A DNA stretch of 64,000 bases. Origin: Marsupella aquatica (taxonomy: Eukaryota > Plantae > Marchantiophyta). Under the pieces are notes generated by a model. The model saw nothing but the letters and a program-made list of their open reading frames with translations, did not search any database and was not told the DNA's origin. The stretch lies in contig OZ316897.1 of NCBI GenBank assembly GCA_973895155.1, positions 3,566,211-3,630,210 on the forward strand, read 5' to 3'. Below, in pieces: positions 24,821 through 38,106 of the stretch (its first letter is position 1; each line of letters begins with the position of its first letter). Position numbers and translations under genes: made by a program.

Positions 24821-27800
24821 AGCTACGGCTCAACGGTTTGATCGCAGCGAGGCGGTCGTTTTGAGCCCGGGTTTGGCACTTGATGCGGAGTGAAGGCGAC
24901 GCGACGGAAGCTTTTACAGTGCTGGAGTTGCAGACGGTGCCGTTGTGATTCGGCAACATATCCCGTCGGTAACTCGTTGTTTTCTCATTGGAAACGGCGG
25001 CGAGGTGTGTAACCCGGGCTTTGTTTTCTGCTTTGGGTGCCAATTGTTTTTTAGGGCTTAAAGGGGTTTAACCCCTTGTGTGTGTTTATACACACATTCG
25101 TATTGTATAAACACATGTTTTTACCCCCTCCTCCCCGTCACCCCGTTTTCTCCCCGGCCCTGCGTTTAGTATTCGCGCCCCCCCCTGCACCCCGTTTTTA
25201 CGGCACTCCGCAGCGCCGGCCGGCGCAAAAGTTGCCGCCCGGCAGTTGCCCTTACGAACGCCCCGGCCAGGCCCTCCCCGCTTGCCCGACGCCCCTCCCG
25301 CTGCCTCTCGCCGGCAGCCTGCCTCGCGAGTCGCGGCAGCAACTCATTTTTTGCCCCCGGCCCGGCCCTGCAACTATACACGGCTGCGTATGCAGCCGCC
25401 CGATACTGCCTGTATTTCCCTCTACAGCCCGGCCATACACCCTTCATGTGCCCCGGCCACTATACGGGGTATTTTGGGATTGAAGGGACTTAAGGGCCCC
25501 CTTTAAGCCCCATTTTTAGCCTTTTTCTCCTCCTTATTGTTTCCTCTTGTGCCGGGACCTGCCTCCTTCCGTTTTAACCGCTCCGATAGGGGGAACGGTC
25601 CCCTGTGAGACCTGTCCCACTGTGCGGGAATATTCCCAAAAAACAGAGAGCTGTTTTTTGGCCGTCCGACAAAGATTCTATTTGCCGAACGGAAACTTTT
25701 TTGGTTCTTTTTTGGCGAGGTCATAGCCACTAGAGTTAGCAACGCGGTGCACCAATCACATCGCAATTTTAACGACTGGTTATACTTGGTATTTTGGTTA
25801 TTCTCTGAGGTGGTCAAAATGGGGAGTTTCCCAAGGTTTTACCCACCTCGACCAAAATTTGAATAACTTTTCCGTCGAATTTTGATTTTGATTTTGGCTT
25901 TCAGTATTGGACTCCTAGCTTTGTGGGCTACGCGGCGGTGTTGAGTTTTGAGTTTTATTAGAAGTTTTGAGAAAAGATGTTTTTTCATGATTGTTTCATA
26001 TGAGTGACTCGGACGATACTAAAAGAATTGGCGTCGGTGGAGCTTCAAGATTGCGACGGTCAGATGGAGAGTCTGAGGAGGAGCTGCTACCATTTGAGGA
26101 GGAACAAGTATCACCGGTACAATCACCGGTGTGGCGTGCAGTGGAGGAAGTTGTACTATTACCAGAGCTATCGGTAGTGGGGAAGAAAAGGGAGATAGCT
26201 AGATTTGGAGGATTGAAGTTTGAGGTGGAAGAGTACCATGGTCGTACTGATTACTTGTTGTGGGAGAAGCAAGTCAAGGGTGTTCTTTGGGCCATGGGCT
26301 TAGCTCATCTGCTTTCTTCGCGAGAGAGAATGATGGAGAGGAGGAGATTTCTGTGAAGCAGTGGAGATAGGAGCAGGTGATTGCTGTCAATGCAATGATG
26401 CTTTATCTCAAGCCGCACATCATCAAGAAGTTGGATGATTATGCGGATTGCACGTCACTGTTCAAGGCTCTAAGAGAGAAGTACTACCGGGAAGATGCGT
26501 CAAACCGGCTGTACAAGAAGTCTCTCTTGATGAGCCTGAGGCTCAAGGAAGGGAGCAAACTACAGGATCACCTAGATGAGTTTGATAGTCTAGCGGTGGA
26601 TCTGTCAAACCTAGGTAAGGGAGTTGAAGATGAGGATAAGGCCTTGCTTCTGCTAAGCTCCTTATTGCCATCTTATCAGGGCTTGAAACAGGTTCTCTTG
26701 TACAGAGATCTGAAGTCCATTTCGTATAATGAGATGGTGAGCTCTTTACTGTCTGATGATGCTCAGAAGAAGCTAGGTCAAGCACAGACAGCATCTTCTT
26801 CTGGCATTGCGCTGAACGTGAACCGGGGAAGACCAACGCATCGCACGAATGGGCAAAACAGGTTTAGATCTACATCACTGGGGAGATCTAAATCCAGAGG
26901 GAAATCACAAGAGAGGAAGCCTCTTGCATGTTGGAGATGTGGCAAGTCTGGCCATATAAAAAGGGATTGTCGAGTAAAGGACCCTACTACATCAGCTAAC
27001 GCGGCGTCGAGCTTGCATGAGGTAGATTTTCTCGATGATGATGACATATTGTGATGCCAAGGTTATGCTCTCAACGTAGTGTCAAATCCAGGTAGTGATG
27101 ACTGGATTCTAGATAGTGCATATACTTTTCACATTTGCTCTAGGAGAGATTTTTTCAGTTCTTACACGGTTTCCAACGATTCAGTGTTGATGGGAAATGG
27201 AATCTCATGTCAAGTTGTGGACTTGGATCTGTTAGATTTCAGATGTTTGATGGTGTTATGAGAACGTTGAGGAATGTGAGACATATTCCCAGCATGATGA
27301 AAATCTCATTTCACTTGGAGTTTTAGAAGCGAATGGCCATCAATGGAGTTCTGCTAATGGTGTCCTTCAGGTTTCAACTAGTACTAAAGTTGTATTGAAG
27401 GGAAAGAGACATAACAATCTATACATTTTGGAGGGCAGTGTAGTCTATGATGAAGCCAATGTAACCTTATCTCATGAGGAGATAGCCTGGTTGTGGCACT
27501 TCCGTTTGGGCCACATGAGTGAAAAAGGTTTGGCTATTCTTCAAAAAAAAAATTACTTTCTAATTGGCAATCTTGTAAATTGGAATTCTATGAGCATTGT
27601 GTGTTTGGGAAGCAGCACAAGAAACCCTTCGGAGTTGGAACTCACACCAGCAAGGAGGTATTTGAGTATGTACATAGTGATGTGTGGGGTCCAGCCCCTA
27701 CTCCCTCACATTCTGGACGGTTATACTATGTCACGTTCATAGACTATTACTCAAGGTATATGTGGATATACTTTCTACACAGTAAATCTGATGTTTTTAC

Positions 27801-30800
27801 CACTTTTAAGGAGTGGAAAATCCAAGTTAAAAATCAGACTGGTAATAAGGTGAGATATCTTCGATTGGATAACGACGGTAAATACAGTTCCGGGGAATTT
27901 GGAATGTATTGTAAGGAGCAGGGGATTACCCGCCATCTCACAACAAGTTATACTCCTCAGCAGAATGGTGTTTTTGAAAGACTCAACCGAACATTATTGG
28001 ATCGCTCGAGGAGTATGTTGAGTCAATCATGCTTACCACATGAGTTTTGGGCTAAAGCCGTCAATACTACAGCTTATTTGGTAAATTTTTCTCCATCCAG
28101 TTCTATTAGATTCAAGACGCCATTTGAAATGAGGTACGGGCGTTCAATAGATTACTCACATCTGAGGATTTTTGAATGTGATGCTTATGTGCTTACACCT
28201 TCCCAACTTTGATCCAAGCTGGAGTCCAAGTCAAAGAAGTGCATTTTCCTTGGCTATCAGAAAGGTGTGAAGGGTTATAGGTTATGGGATCCAGTAACCT
28301 GTAAACTAATTGTCAGTAGAGATGTGTCCTTTAATGAGTCCACATCATCATAGGAGGGGGAGACTCCCATACTGACAAGGGGAAATCTCTCATCCCGGAC
28401 CAGGTTGAGGGGGAGATTAGTCATGATGATGTTCATGACAGGAAAGATGGAGAAGCTCCGGGCTTGGAGCTGGTTCCTGTGATGGAACAAGAGGAGCAAA
28501 TTGTTGTTGAGGTACCTCAAATTCGGCCAGCAACAGCAGCAGATCAGCCTGAGTCATCTACTAGAAGAACTTCTAGTCGTTCTACTAAAGCTCCTACCAG
28601 GTATGGTCAATGGGCAGACTCATCTAAGCTAGATGATATTGACATTGCACCTGATGAAGATGATATGGCTTTGATCTTAGAAGAAGGAGAGCCTTCTTCG
28701 TACAGTGAAGCTTGTGCTTCAGAGCATAAGCATGAGTGGAATGCAACAATGCAGAGGGAGTTACAATCTTTGAGTGACAACAAGACATGGAAGTTGGTGG
28801 AGCTTCCAAGAGGTCAGCAAGTGGTGGACAGCAAATGAATTTACAAGTTGAAGGAGAGTCCTTCAGAGGGTGGAGATAAGATCTACAAGGCAAGGCTTGT
28901 TGCCAAGTGATTCACTAAGGAGAAAGGAGTGGATTACAATGAGGTCTTTTCACCGGTGGCTAAGTATTCCACAATTTGGATCTTGTGTTAGCTTGTTGTG
29001 TTTTTTGGTCTGGTGATGGATCAGATGGATGTTGTTACTGCATTTCTATATGGCAACTTGGAAGAGATGATCTTCATGAGATAGCCAGTAGGCTTTATAA
29101 AGAAGGGTCAAGAGAACTTAGTTTGCAAATCATTGCTCCAGTCCTTGTATGGATTGAAGCAATCTCCCAGACAATGGAACAAGCGGTTTGATGATTTCAT
29201 ATTTGCTCAAGGTTTTACAAGGATGGTGTATGATCTTTGTGTGTATACGAAATCAGTCAAGAATGATGTATTTGGTTTCATCATTCTGGTTATCTATGTG
29301 GATGACATGCTGATTGTGGCTAAAGATCAATCTGAGGTTGACAAACTCAAGGCAAAATTGAGTTCTGAATTCAAAATGAAGGATCTTGGTAAGGCCAAGA
29401 AGATCTTAGGGATGGATATTTTTAGGAACTCTGATACTGGACAGTTGTGCTTTCAGAGTCAAGGCCAGTATACGAGGAAAGTACTTGCTCGATTCAACAT
29501 GGAAAACTGTAAGCCAGTGAGTATTCCTTTAGCTTCACACTTCAAGTTATCATCGGCTTTCTCTCCTACGGATGCTGTGGAGACAGGTCTGATGGCTAAG
29601 ATTCCTTATGAGAAGGCAATAGGCAGTCTGATGTATTTGATGACTTGTACTAGGCCTGACTTGGCCCTAGCGATGGGCAAGGTTAGCAGATTCATGTCAA
29701 ATCCAGGGAAGGTACATTGGGAAGCTATGAAATGGATTCTCAGGTATCTGAAGGGAACACAGGACTATGGATTACTATTTGATACGAAATCAGATAGAAC
29801 GTTAGTTGGCTATGTAAATTCTGACTATGGAGGCTGTCTAGATACAAGGAGGTCTACAACTGGGTTTGTATTTACTTTTGGAGGAGAATGTATTAGTTAG
29901 AAATCTACCTTGCAGAAGTGTATATCTCAATCTACTATAGAAGCAGAGTATGTTGCAGCAGCAGAAACAGCAAAGGAAGCAATTTGGTTGGACAAGTTGA
30001 ATAGGGAGATGGGTTTAGAGCATGGCAAAATGTCTCTAAACTGTGATAGTCAGAGTGCTCTTCACTTAGCTGCTAACCAGGTGATGAATAGCAGGGTGAA
30101 GCACATTGATATCAGGTACCATTTTATCAGACAAGCAGTGTCTAATAAAACTTTTGAGCTAGTCAAGATTGATGGAAAGCTCAATCCTGCTGATGCCTTT
30201 ACCAAAGTGATTCATTTGGAGAGTTTCTCAAGACACCGTGCTACTTTGCAGGTTTTGCAATTGTAGTGCAAGTACAGTTATTTAGCAATGTGTGACTATT
30301 TGTATATGGATTACTCATTCCAGTTTGGCTACGGCTTAGTTCTAGTTAACCCTTAGTTAACCCTTGTGGTTTTTAGGGGGAGACCTGTTTAGGTGATTGT
30401 CTAGAACTTCCCGTTGAGGATTCCATATGGTAGCATTTAGTCCAGTCCCCAAGACAAGAGTCAAGGGGGAGTTTGTTAGATATTGCTCTAGTCTTGTGAC
30501 TCATGAGCTAACCACAGTTAGGCTAACTCAGGTTAGTACCTAGCTAATGTTAGCGGTAGTGTTGTTGTGTATTAAGCCAGGGCTGATGCCAGACCTTGGT
30601 GGAACTTAGGTTCATTGTTACGGAGCTAGTTGAGAGATAGGGAGAGCTTGTGCTGTGGATGCTTGGTATGGCCGTTCGGCCTAGAATGCAGTAAAGCTCT
30701 TGTGTGTTCCCGTGGACGTAGCCTCATGTGGAGGTGAACCACGTATCTCTCTGTGTCGACTCTTGTACGCTGGATGGTTCATGGGCTTGCAGTTGCGAAT

Positions 30801-30817
30801 GTCGTCTATGCTTAACA
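24821..30817 (+). mobile_element. Ty1/copia LTR retrotransposon, inactive, lacking its 5' LTR and PBS; gag-pol remnants ~26000-30266; 3' LTR 30474-30817
   Basis: Gag CWRCGKSGHIKRDC, protease WILDSA, integrase HSDVWG..PQQNG..ERLNRT, RT LYGLKQ..YVDDML and RNase H KHIDIRYHF, with many stops and frameshifts. PPT AAGGGGGAG is followed by TGTTA...TAACA. Confidence 0.93.
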
Positions 30818-31890
30818 AGAACACCCGCACGTCTAAAAGGTCCACCGCTGCCTAGCGCCAAAGGTGATGTCTCAAAGGCACCCCCTCCGGTCAGATCCCC
30901 AAGTGGCTACACCGCAACGAGCTCCTCCAGGTCACGATCCGATCCCAGCAAAGAGCCGGGAGGACAAACACCAGGCCCTGGTCCAGGCCGGAGCCAGAAG
31001 CCGACCAGCCAAGAAGGCTCCCAGGTACCAAAGCCGCTCTACTAAACAGAGCCGAGGAACCAGGATGCCGACCTCCAAAGGACCAAAGCCAGCGCGCCGA
31101 GCCGATGAGGACGATCACAAAGCACCAAGAGAGAAGCACCAAAATTCAAAATTCAAAGGTCGGGGGCCAGCAGCCCGCACAATCACCCGGGCCCCTCGAA
31201 AAGGGGCAGAGTAGATGCGCGGGTCCATCCAAGTTTGGTTTGTCCATGTGGGCTTGATAGAGAACCTATCCCATCCGGGCTTTATGTTCTTTTATGACGT
31301 CTATGGAGTATCTCCCGGTTAAGCTTTTCTTTTGCACTTTAATATAATTGTAACATCGTTTTATGACGTATATGCATCCAGTCGGAAGTTGTCACGTGCC
31401 TGAGATCTTCAGATCTTTTCGGCTTGAGTGCTTGACCTTACATGTCTATAGAAGCACGTCTCCCCTACTAGGCTCTTCGGTCAGCGGTCACAAACATCTT
31501 CTTCACTAGAAATCAATGCCTTCCACTCGCATTTCGGCGATCTTCATATCCTGATCCCCGAAGTCTTTCAAAATACTGAAGCTGGATTGTATCTCGGAGT
31601 CTTCGGATGCTCACATGCAGTTCCTTGTGTCTGCATTTCCTTGTGTCTGCATTGCTGTGTAACTCGAACGACGTAAGCGCAGTTTTTTGGACATTCTCTA
31701 GATTAGATCAGATAAATTTGTCAAGAATCCTCCTGGGAGAGAAGCTTCTCGATGTTTTGAAATTGGTTCAATTTCACGAGGAAACTACGCATGAGGAACG
31801 CAGTTCCAGTTATATGGCGTAATCATATAGCACACTGTACTAGTTCGACAGAAATTGGACCAAAAATTCGATTCGGAGGAAAAGCCCACG

Positions 31891-34163
31891 ATGCCGAATT
31901 CACAATTAGCTCCATTGCAGAGTGAAGTGGATGTCGTCGTCATCGGGGCTGGCATGGCTGGGATCTACATGCTCTATAAGCTCAGGGAGCTTGGCCTCAA
32001 CGCCAGGGCATTTGAGGCAGCCGATGATATCGGTGGTACTTGGTATTGGAATCGATACCCCGGGGCGCGATGCGACATCCAAAGCATGGAGTATTGCTAT
32101 TCCTTCTCAAAGGAGCTGAACCAGGAATGGACCTGGAGTGAACGCTATTCGAGCCAAGCTGAAATTCTCCGGTACTTGAATTATGTCGCCGATCGTTTCG
32201 ACCTGCGGCGTTATATCACCTTAAAGGCGCGTGTGACATCGATGGTTTACGACGATGATAAGTACCACTGGCTTGTCAGGACCGACACAAATGAAGCCGT
32301 GACAGCGCGTTTCTGTATCTCGGCCGTAGGCTGCTTATCTCAGCCTCTCATCCCAAACATTCCAGGTACGGAGAGTTTCACAATAGCAATGTACAATTGA
32401 CGATGAATCATTTGAACACGAAACGAAGATTAGATGCCACGCCATTACAAGAAATTGACGTGTCAACTTTACACTACAAGTTTTCGACAGCAAGTTTATG
32501 TCAGCATACTTACTGGAAAGCTTTCGAGGAAACTAGAAGTTTGTAGTAGTTGTTTGATCTTCACTGGAATATCCTACTGTAGTTGTTTTATCTCTATGAA
32601 CCAAGCATGCTGAAAATTCGAGGAAAATAAAAGTGCAAGGAAACTTTATCAGTTGCGCTTATGTCCGTGCAATATAAATGTCCTCGAGGTTACCAAATAC
32701 TTATTTGATTTCCACAAAGGTATCCTAGTTGTTTGATCTCTGCCGATGGAAGCATTGCAAAACTTTGCGAATTCACTGAAATTCTCCCGTTCTCATCAGG
32801 GTTGGACAAGTTTCCTGCCGGATCTGTCTACCACACCGGTCGCTGGCCACATGAACCGGTAGACTTCACCGGTCAGCGGGTAGGCATTATTGGGACCGGA
32901 TCGTCAGGTGTGCAGGCTATCCCAGAGCTCGCGAAGCAAGCGGCCGAGTTGTTTGTATTCCAACGCACGCCCAATCATGCGGTACCCGCGAACAACTATA
33001 AGTTTTCCGACAGCTACTCAAAGCAAATTAAGCAACGCTACGAGGAATTGTGGAAACAGTGGGTCCGCAGTCCCTCTGGCGGGAACAACAACATTCCTGT
33101 CAAATCAGCGCTTGACGTCCCAGAGCAGGAACGCGAAATCGTCTATGAGAGCAGCTGGACCCACGGCGGGTTCGACATTTTGAGCACTTTCAACGACATC
33201 ATCACAAATCAGGCAGCAAACGACACCGCAGCGGACTTCGTGCGGCGGAAGATCCGCGAACTCGTTCTAGACCCGACAGTAGCCGAGCAGTTGGTTCCTG
33301 GAGAGCACCCGTTCGGAACCAAGCGGCTCTGTCTCACTTACGGTTACTACGAAACTTTCAATCGGCCAAACGTCCATCTAGTCAGCGCTAAGGTCTCTGT
33401 TATCAAAATTCTTTCAATTCTGTCTTTGATTATCGGCATGTTCTCTTGTCTTAATGGATTGAGACAAGACGATCGGAGGCTAGAACATAAATAATGTTAA
33501 ATTGAATTGTATTGAACATCACTTTGACCCTGAATTTACCTCATTTCAACTCAATTCAGTTCCGCTCAATTCAGTCCAATTTTCAATTCAATTCAGGTTG
33601 AGCCTATCGTCGAGATCGAAAAAAGTGGAGTGCGCACCTCAAAGGAGCTGTACCCTCTCGACTGCCTGATTTTGGCCACCGGCTATGACGCCGTTACCGG
33701 CGCGCTGCTGGCCATTGACATCTGCGGCCGAGGCGGTCGCTCGCTGCGAGATGAGTGGGACAACGGAGCAGCTGCATACCTCGGCGTGGCCATAGCAGAG
33801 TTTCCCAATCTGTTCGTGATTACAGGCCCGGGCAGTCCTTCTATACTCTACAACGTTGCTCGCCCAATCGAGCAGCATGTGGACTGGATCGCCAACTGTC
33901 TTGCCTATATGGCGAAGCATCACATGGCGGTCATTGAACCGAGCAAAGAGGCTCAGACTGCCTGGATACATCTCGTCTCCCAACTGGCCCAACAGACACT
34001 GTTCCCAAAATGTAAATCTTGGTATAACGGCGACAACGTCAATGGCAAACCGCGCAGGTTCTTGCCTTTCATCGGGTTCTCTCACTATCAGGACGAAATC
34101 GACAAGGTGGCCAGCAACAACTATGAGGGTTTTGTATTGAGCCCCGAAGAGGTTCGGGCATGA
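31891..34163 (+). CDS. Type I Baeyer-Villiger monooxygenase, copy 2; exons 31891-32365, 32800-33392, 33597-34163 (544 aa)
   Basis: Same motifs, exon sizes and splice sites as copy 1. About 20 amino-acid differences by manual count and no disabling lesion seen. Confidence 0.95.
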
Positions 34164-35295
34164 TCAAAGATCTGAGCTATGCAGTGAAGCCGCTGCTGGT
34201 AAGCCCGGATAGCCACTCTTGCTAAGAAGGTCAATGCGCTAAGGGTGTCGTTACAAGACGTCGTGTATTTGTGACTCTTCCCACCAAAGCAAACTACACT
34301 CAACAACCACTTATTGTTCTGAAGATAGACTGAGGATTTAGAACGATTCTCTACTCTGCTCTAGGACTAGGGATTGTTCTAACGACCGACGGAGTACTTG
34401 TGCATATACTCTGCTCTAGCTACTTTACTCTACTCTCGGGCCACTAGCTGCTGATCTAGGTAGTAACTGAAGACTTTTGAATCCATAACAAGTATCTAGG
34501 TTGTACCTGAAGACTTTCGAATCCATAACAAGTCATCAGATTCTGATTTACCTCACGAGAGGGCTGGTGAGATGTGGAGCTGCTCAATTCTGGGAATGTT
34601 GGGAAATCGAGATCAGATTCACTCAGTTGTTTGTTGTTGGTTGGTCACAGCACGAATCCACGAATTTGAGCTACAGTTCAGCACGACCGGTTGTCCGGAC
34701 AATTCATACAGCAGCAAATAGACCCAGGCCATTCCCCCATCTTCCATAGCCTATTTACATTTTAATGATCTACTTCCACCTAATTCATTCAATGCATTCA
34801 ATTCGTTGGATACCCTAAATCCCATAGATGCTCTTCCCGAGTTTCGAAGCGAAAGATTGCAAACTTATAGACAATCCGACGATGTGGTTTCGGAGGGCAG
34901 AAGCCTCCAGTTTGTGCATTGCACAGCTAGTGAAAAGCATTAATGCCCAGATTGAAGGATTCTTTCCATAAATTTCAGGTGCTTGACTGTTAAAGCACAT
35001 GGCGTCGACCTTAGATCGATACACGACGAGTGTCACAAACCAATCCATAAATTTGTAAATTTTCAGAAGAGCTCAGCCTGGCGTTTGTACAGGGAGCTTT
35101 CCAGGGAAGTGACCCTTCTGAGAACTTGTTTTCTTGCTCTTTCCATAAAAGAATTCAATGCAGACGAGGGACAAGAGTGTGCGAGTGTAGAGTCTTGCTC
35201 TGTTCAAGTGCTTAACACCCCATAATTATCTCCAATAGGGAGTCTCGAACTCTCTGTTTTGCCTCCGGTCAAGGGCAAGGATGTGTTCCGGAACT

Positions 35296-35607
35296 AGGGG
35301 GACTCAAATATCGGGCCGGGAGAGTTTTGCAGCCGCCCGAGTTAGATTTGGGTGGACACGGCCTGAAAATGTGCGGGAGACCCTTAGGCTAGCCCGCACA
35401 CTCTGACCGCAGCATTTCGGAAACACCTGGGAACAGACTCCCGTAGTCACTTTCTCCCCCCCCCCCTCCCCGGAGTGTCACATTACGGACGTAAAAAAAT
35501 TGCGGTGACAAAGATTCCTTCCCCCGTTATACTTGCTCATAGGGCACCTCACGGGCAAAAGTAACCTCCCGGGAACACACATGACAGCCCCATATTTGAG
35601 ACCCCCT
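35296..35607. mobile_element. MITE, 312 bp, AGGGGG...CCCCCT termini, 3-bp TSD ACT
   Basis: Imperfect TIRs AGGGGGACTCAAATATCGGGC / GCCCCATATTTGAGACCCCCT. The paralogous empty site ggaACTacactg is at ~24577-24588. Confidence 0.85.
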
Positions 35608-35883
35608 ACTACACTGATGGACACAAAAACAATTATCCGCACACTTGTGACCGCAGACCACAACTGGTACTTCCAGGGTTGCGGGCAATGTTGTTTTCCG
35701 GAAGTACAATGGCGGACATAAAAACTATTGTCGCACACTTGCGACCGCAGACCAAAAGTGGTACTTCCAGGCTAGGGGTCTTTTCACGGACCTGGAGGTT
35801 TAAGACACTCTAATGCCTAAACTTCCCTGGCAGACAATTGGAGCTGTCACTATTTGGATTCTTTGGAAAACCTGTTGCCAACG

Positions 35884-36006
35884 AATCACCTGATGACAGA
35901 GTTTAGCTGTATTCACCGCCATGGTTGTTTCATCCACTTTGTGGAATCACCTGATGACAGAGTTTAGCTGTATTCACTGCCAGGGTTGTTTCATCCACTT
36001 TGTGGA
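35884..36006. repeat. Two ~61-bp tandem repeats
   Basis: gaatcacctgatgacagagtttagctgtattcac..ggttgtttcatccactttgtg occurs twice. Confidence 0.85.
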
Positions 36007-38106
36007 ACACAGAGTTGCAGCGGTAATGCCACTCCTCACTATGGGCACCCAAATAGACCCTGGAACAATAGATGGAACCATGCCCCTTCCTCTGATTTTT
36101 GGACTAATTCAGTCTTCTCTGGCATGGGGCCAGTCAGGTCAATAGAGATAGATACCATGATCACATTAGGGGTGATAAGATCACACATCTAATCTTTTCA
36201 ACTTACTCTTTGTCGATGCACTGTTGGATTATCTTGATCTACTCGCGGACCAAGATGGATTAGTTGGGTCCCGTTGCGTTGGCTGTGGTTTCTTCCCGCT
36301 CCAGCGTGCCGGTGACTCATGCGTCCGCCCTGTGGGTCCTGGTGGTGTGTGGTCTTGCCTGATGTGCGCATATACATCGCTACACAACATACATCGCTTG
36401 TCACATATATCCAGACATAGTCACACTACCGCATCACAAACACAAGAGAATGGAATACAATTGGAACTCATGTCCACACATGTCCGATCCGATCGCACAC
36501 ATATGTCGAGTCAACGCACCTTGCACTCAAAGAATCCAAACTACATAGAGAGAGCTCTCAGCCACCATAGCCACCATCCGAGCTCTCCTCTCCAAGGCTC
36601 AACATCGAAAGATAACCTTTCGATGCCTCACAAGAGAGAACTAGAGTCGCGGAACTCGACTACCTTAACACTTAGCTCCGGCGTCGCTAACTCCGATGTG
36701 GAGCTCCCTTATGGTCTAGGCCCGGATAGGCCATCCGAGGAGGACTTAGCATGGGGAGACTTGTGGGCAATGAGACGTGGCACTAGCAAAGGGGCAAGGA
36801 GCCAAGCTGGTGATACACATTAAGGACTTAGGCTAGCTAAGAACTGGTCGGGTCAAGGGGAAAAGGGGTTGGGCTCAAGGTCGACCGTCTGGACCCCCGG
36901 ACGGACTTTGAGTTCTGAGGGCTTGAGTGTGAGCTCCTCTTGGGCCCAAGGCCAATGGAGTTGACGCCATGGGCAACGGACGCTTGGGGTGTGAGCTATG
37001 GCCCGATCCGAGTTTGGCCGGTCGGGGATCCCAAGTGGCGATGAGACCTGAGGGCCTAGGCATGAGCACCGGGTCAGCCCGATCACGACGGGCTAAGGCA
37101 CTCTGCTTGCGGATGCCCTAACGAGAAAATTATGGGCGTTGTCAGTTGGTGGCGCACCCAATATGCGCGATAGGATCCGGGTTGGAGGCCAAAAGTTTAG
37201 GGACCAAAGCTGGTTTGGGGGTGGCAGGTCTCCAGAAGCATATATGAGGGGAGTGGTGTCTCCCTGGGGCTAAGGGCAAGCCGAAGTCGTGAGCCGCGGC
37301 GGTTGCGACACTAAGGGAAAGCGTCAAACGGAAACGACGATATCTTCCCAACGAGAAGTCCATTGGATGACTTCTTGGGTGCGTTGGAAATCTCTCAAGG
37401 AGTGATACGTCCTCCTAAGCTCAGATGGGTCTGGGGGACCATGGGCTCTCAAGGTTTGCGGGTGTTAGCTCGCCCGCTTCCCAAATCCTACCGAATAGCA
37501 GCCAAACCGCGTTCAGTCTCCCAAGGGAGCTTGCGTTGGGGAGGCAAAGGCCAAGTAGGCATGGAGGTTGAGTTCCAAGGGTGCTTGGCCCCTAGACCAT
37601 CAGTGGGGCGAGACCCGGGAGTTGGTTGCTAGAATCGAGGCCATTATGATCCCGACGTGTTGGGACAAGCTTTAGGACAAGCTACACTAATTGGGCCATG
37701 AGCATGTCCTGGGGTCAGGGCGGTCAGTTGGTGAAGGATAGGTACAAGGGGGAACCCGGGCCGCGCCCAAGGAAGAAGTTGTTCTGGACGAACAGTGGGC
37801 GTGGGTTCTGGTTCCGGCTTATGGCATCGGGAGGACTTATCGTTGACCTATTTACCACTGTCTATTGAGCTTGAGTTAGGATGCTAGACTTGGGAGTTCT
37901 AGATCCTGAAGGGTTACTTACCGAGGTGCTTGGTTTTTGGTGCAGACTATGAGGACCGTTGAGTAGCGGTCGTGTTGGAGAGCAAGTGCGGCTTCGTATG
38001 GGAGGGGCCGATGGTAGTGCAAGGGGGCACTAGGTTGCTTGCTCGAGGTATTCCGTGGAGGCGTTCGGGCACCGGGGGCACTTAGGCGTGGGTGTCAGCA
38101 TCGGTG

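Larger units (their letters stand above)
31311..35861 (+). repeat. Segmental duplication, copy 2
   Basis: Matches 20611-24820 apart from small indels and a 312-bp MITE. Confidence 0.95.

Noticed and set aside
25076-25817. Pro/Arg-rich ORFs
   Set aside because: GC-rich leader of the copia, with no domain or coding signal.
21162-34163. Bacterial contamination as the source of the BVMOs
   Set aside because: The genes have spliceosomal introns and are embedded among plant genes and copia elements.
20611-35861. Duplication as a haplotype or assembly artefact
   Set aside because: The copies differ by many substitutions, a MITE and different outer flanks, so a real duplication is more likely; read depth would settle it.
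36224-37632. 199-aa and neighbouring ORFs
   Set aside because: Low-complexity translations of a GC-rich LTR remnant.
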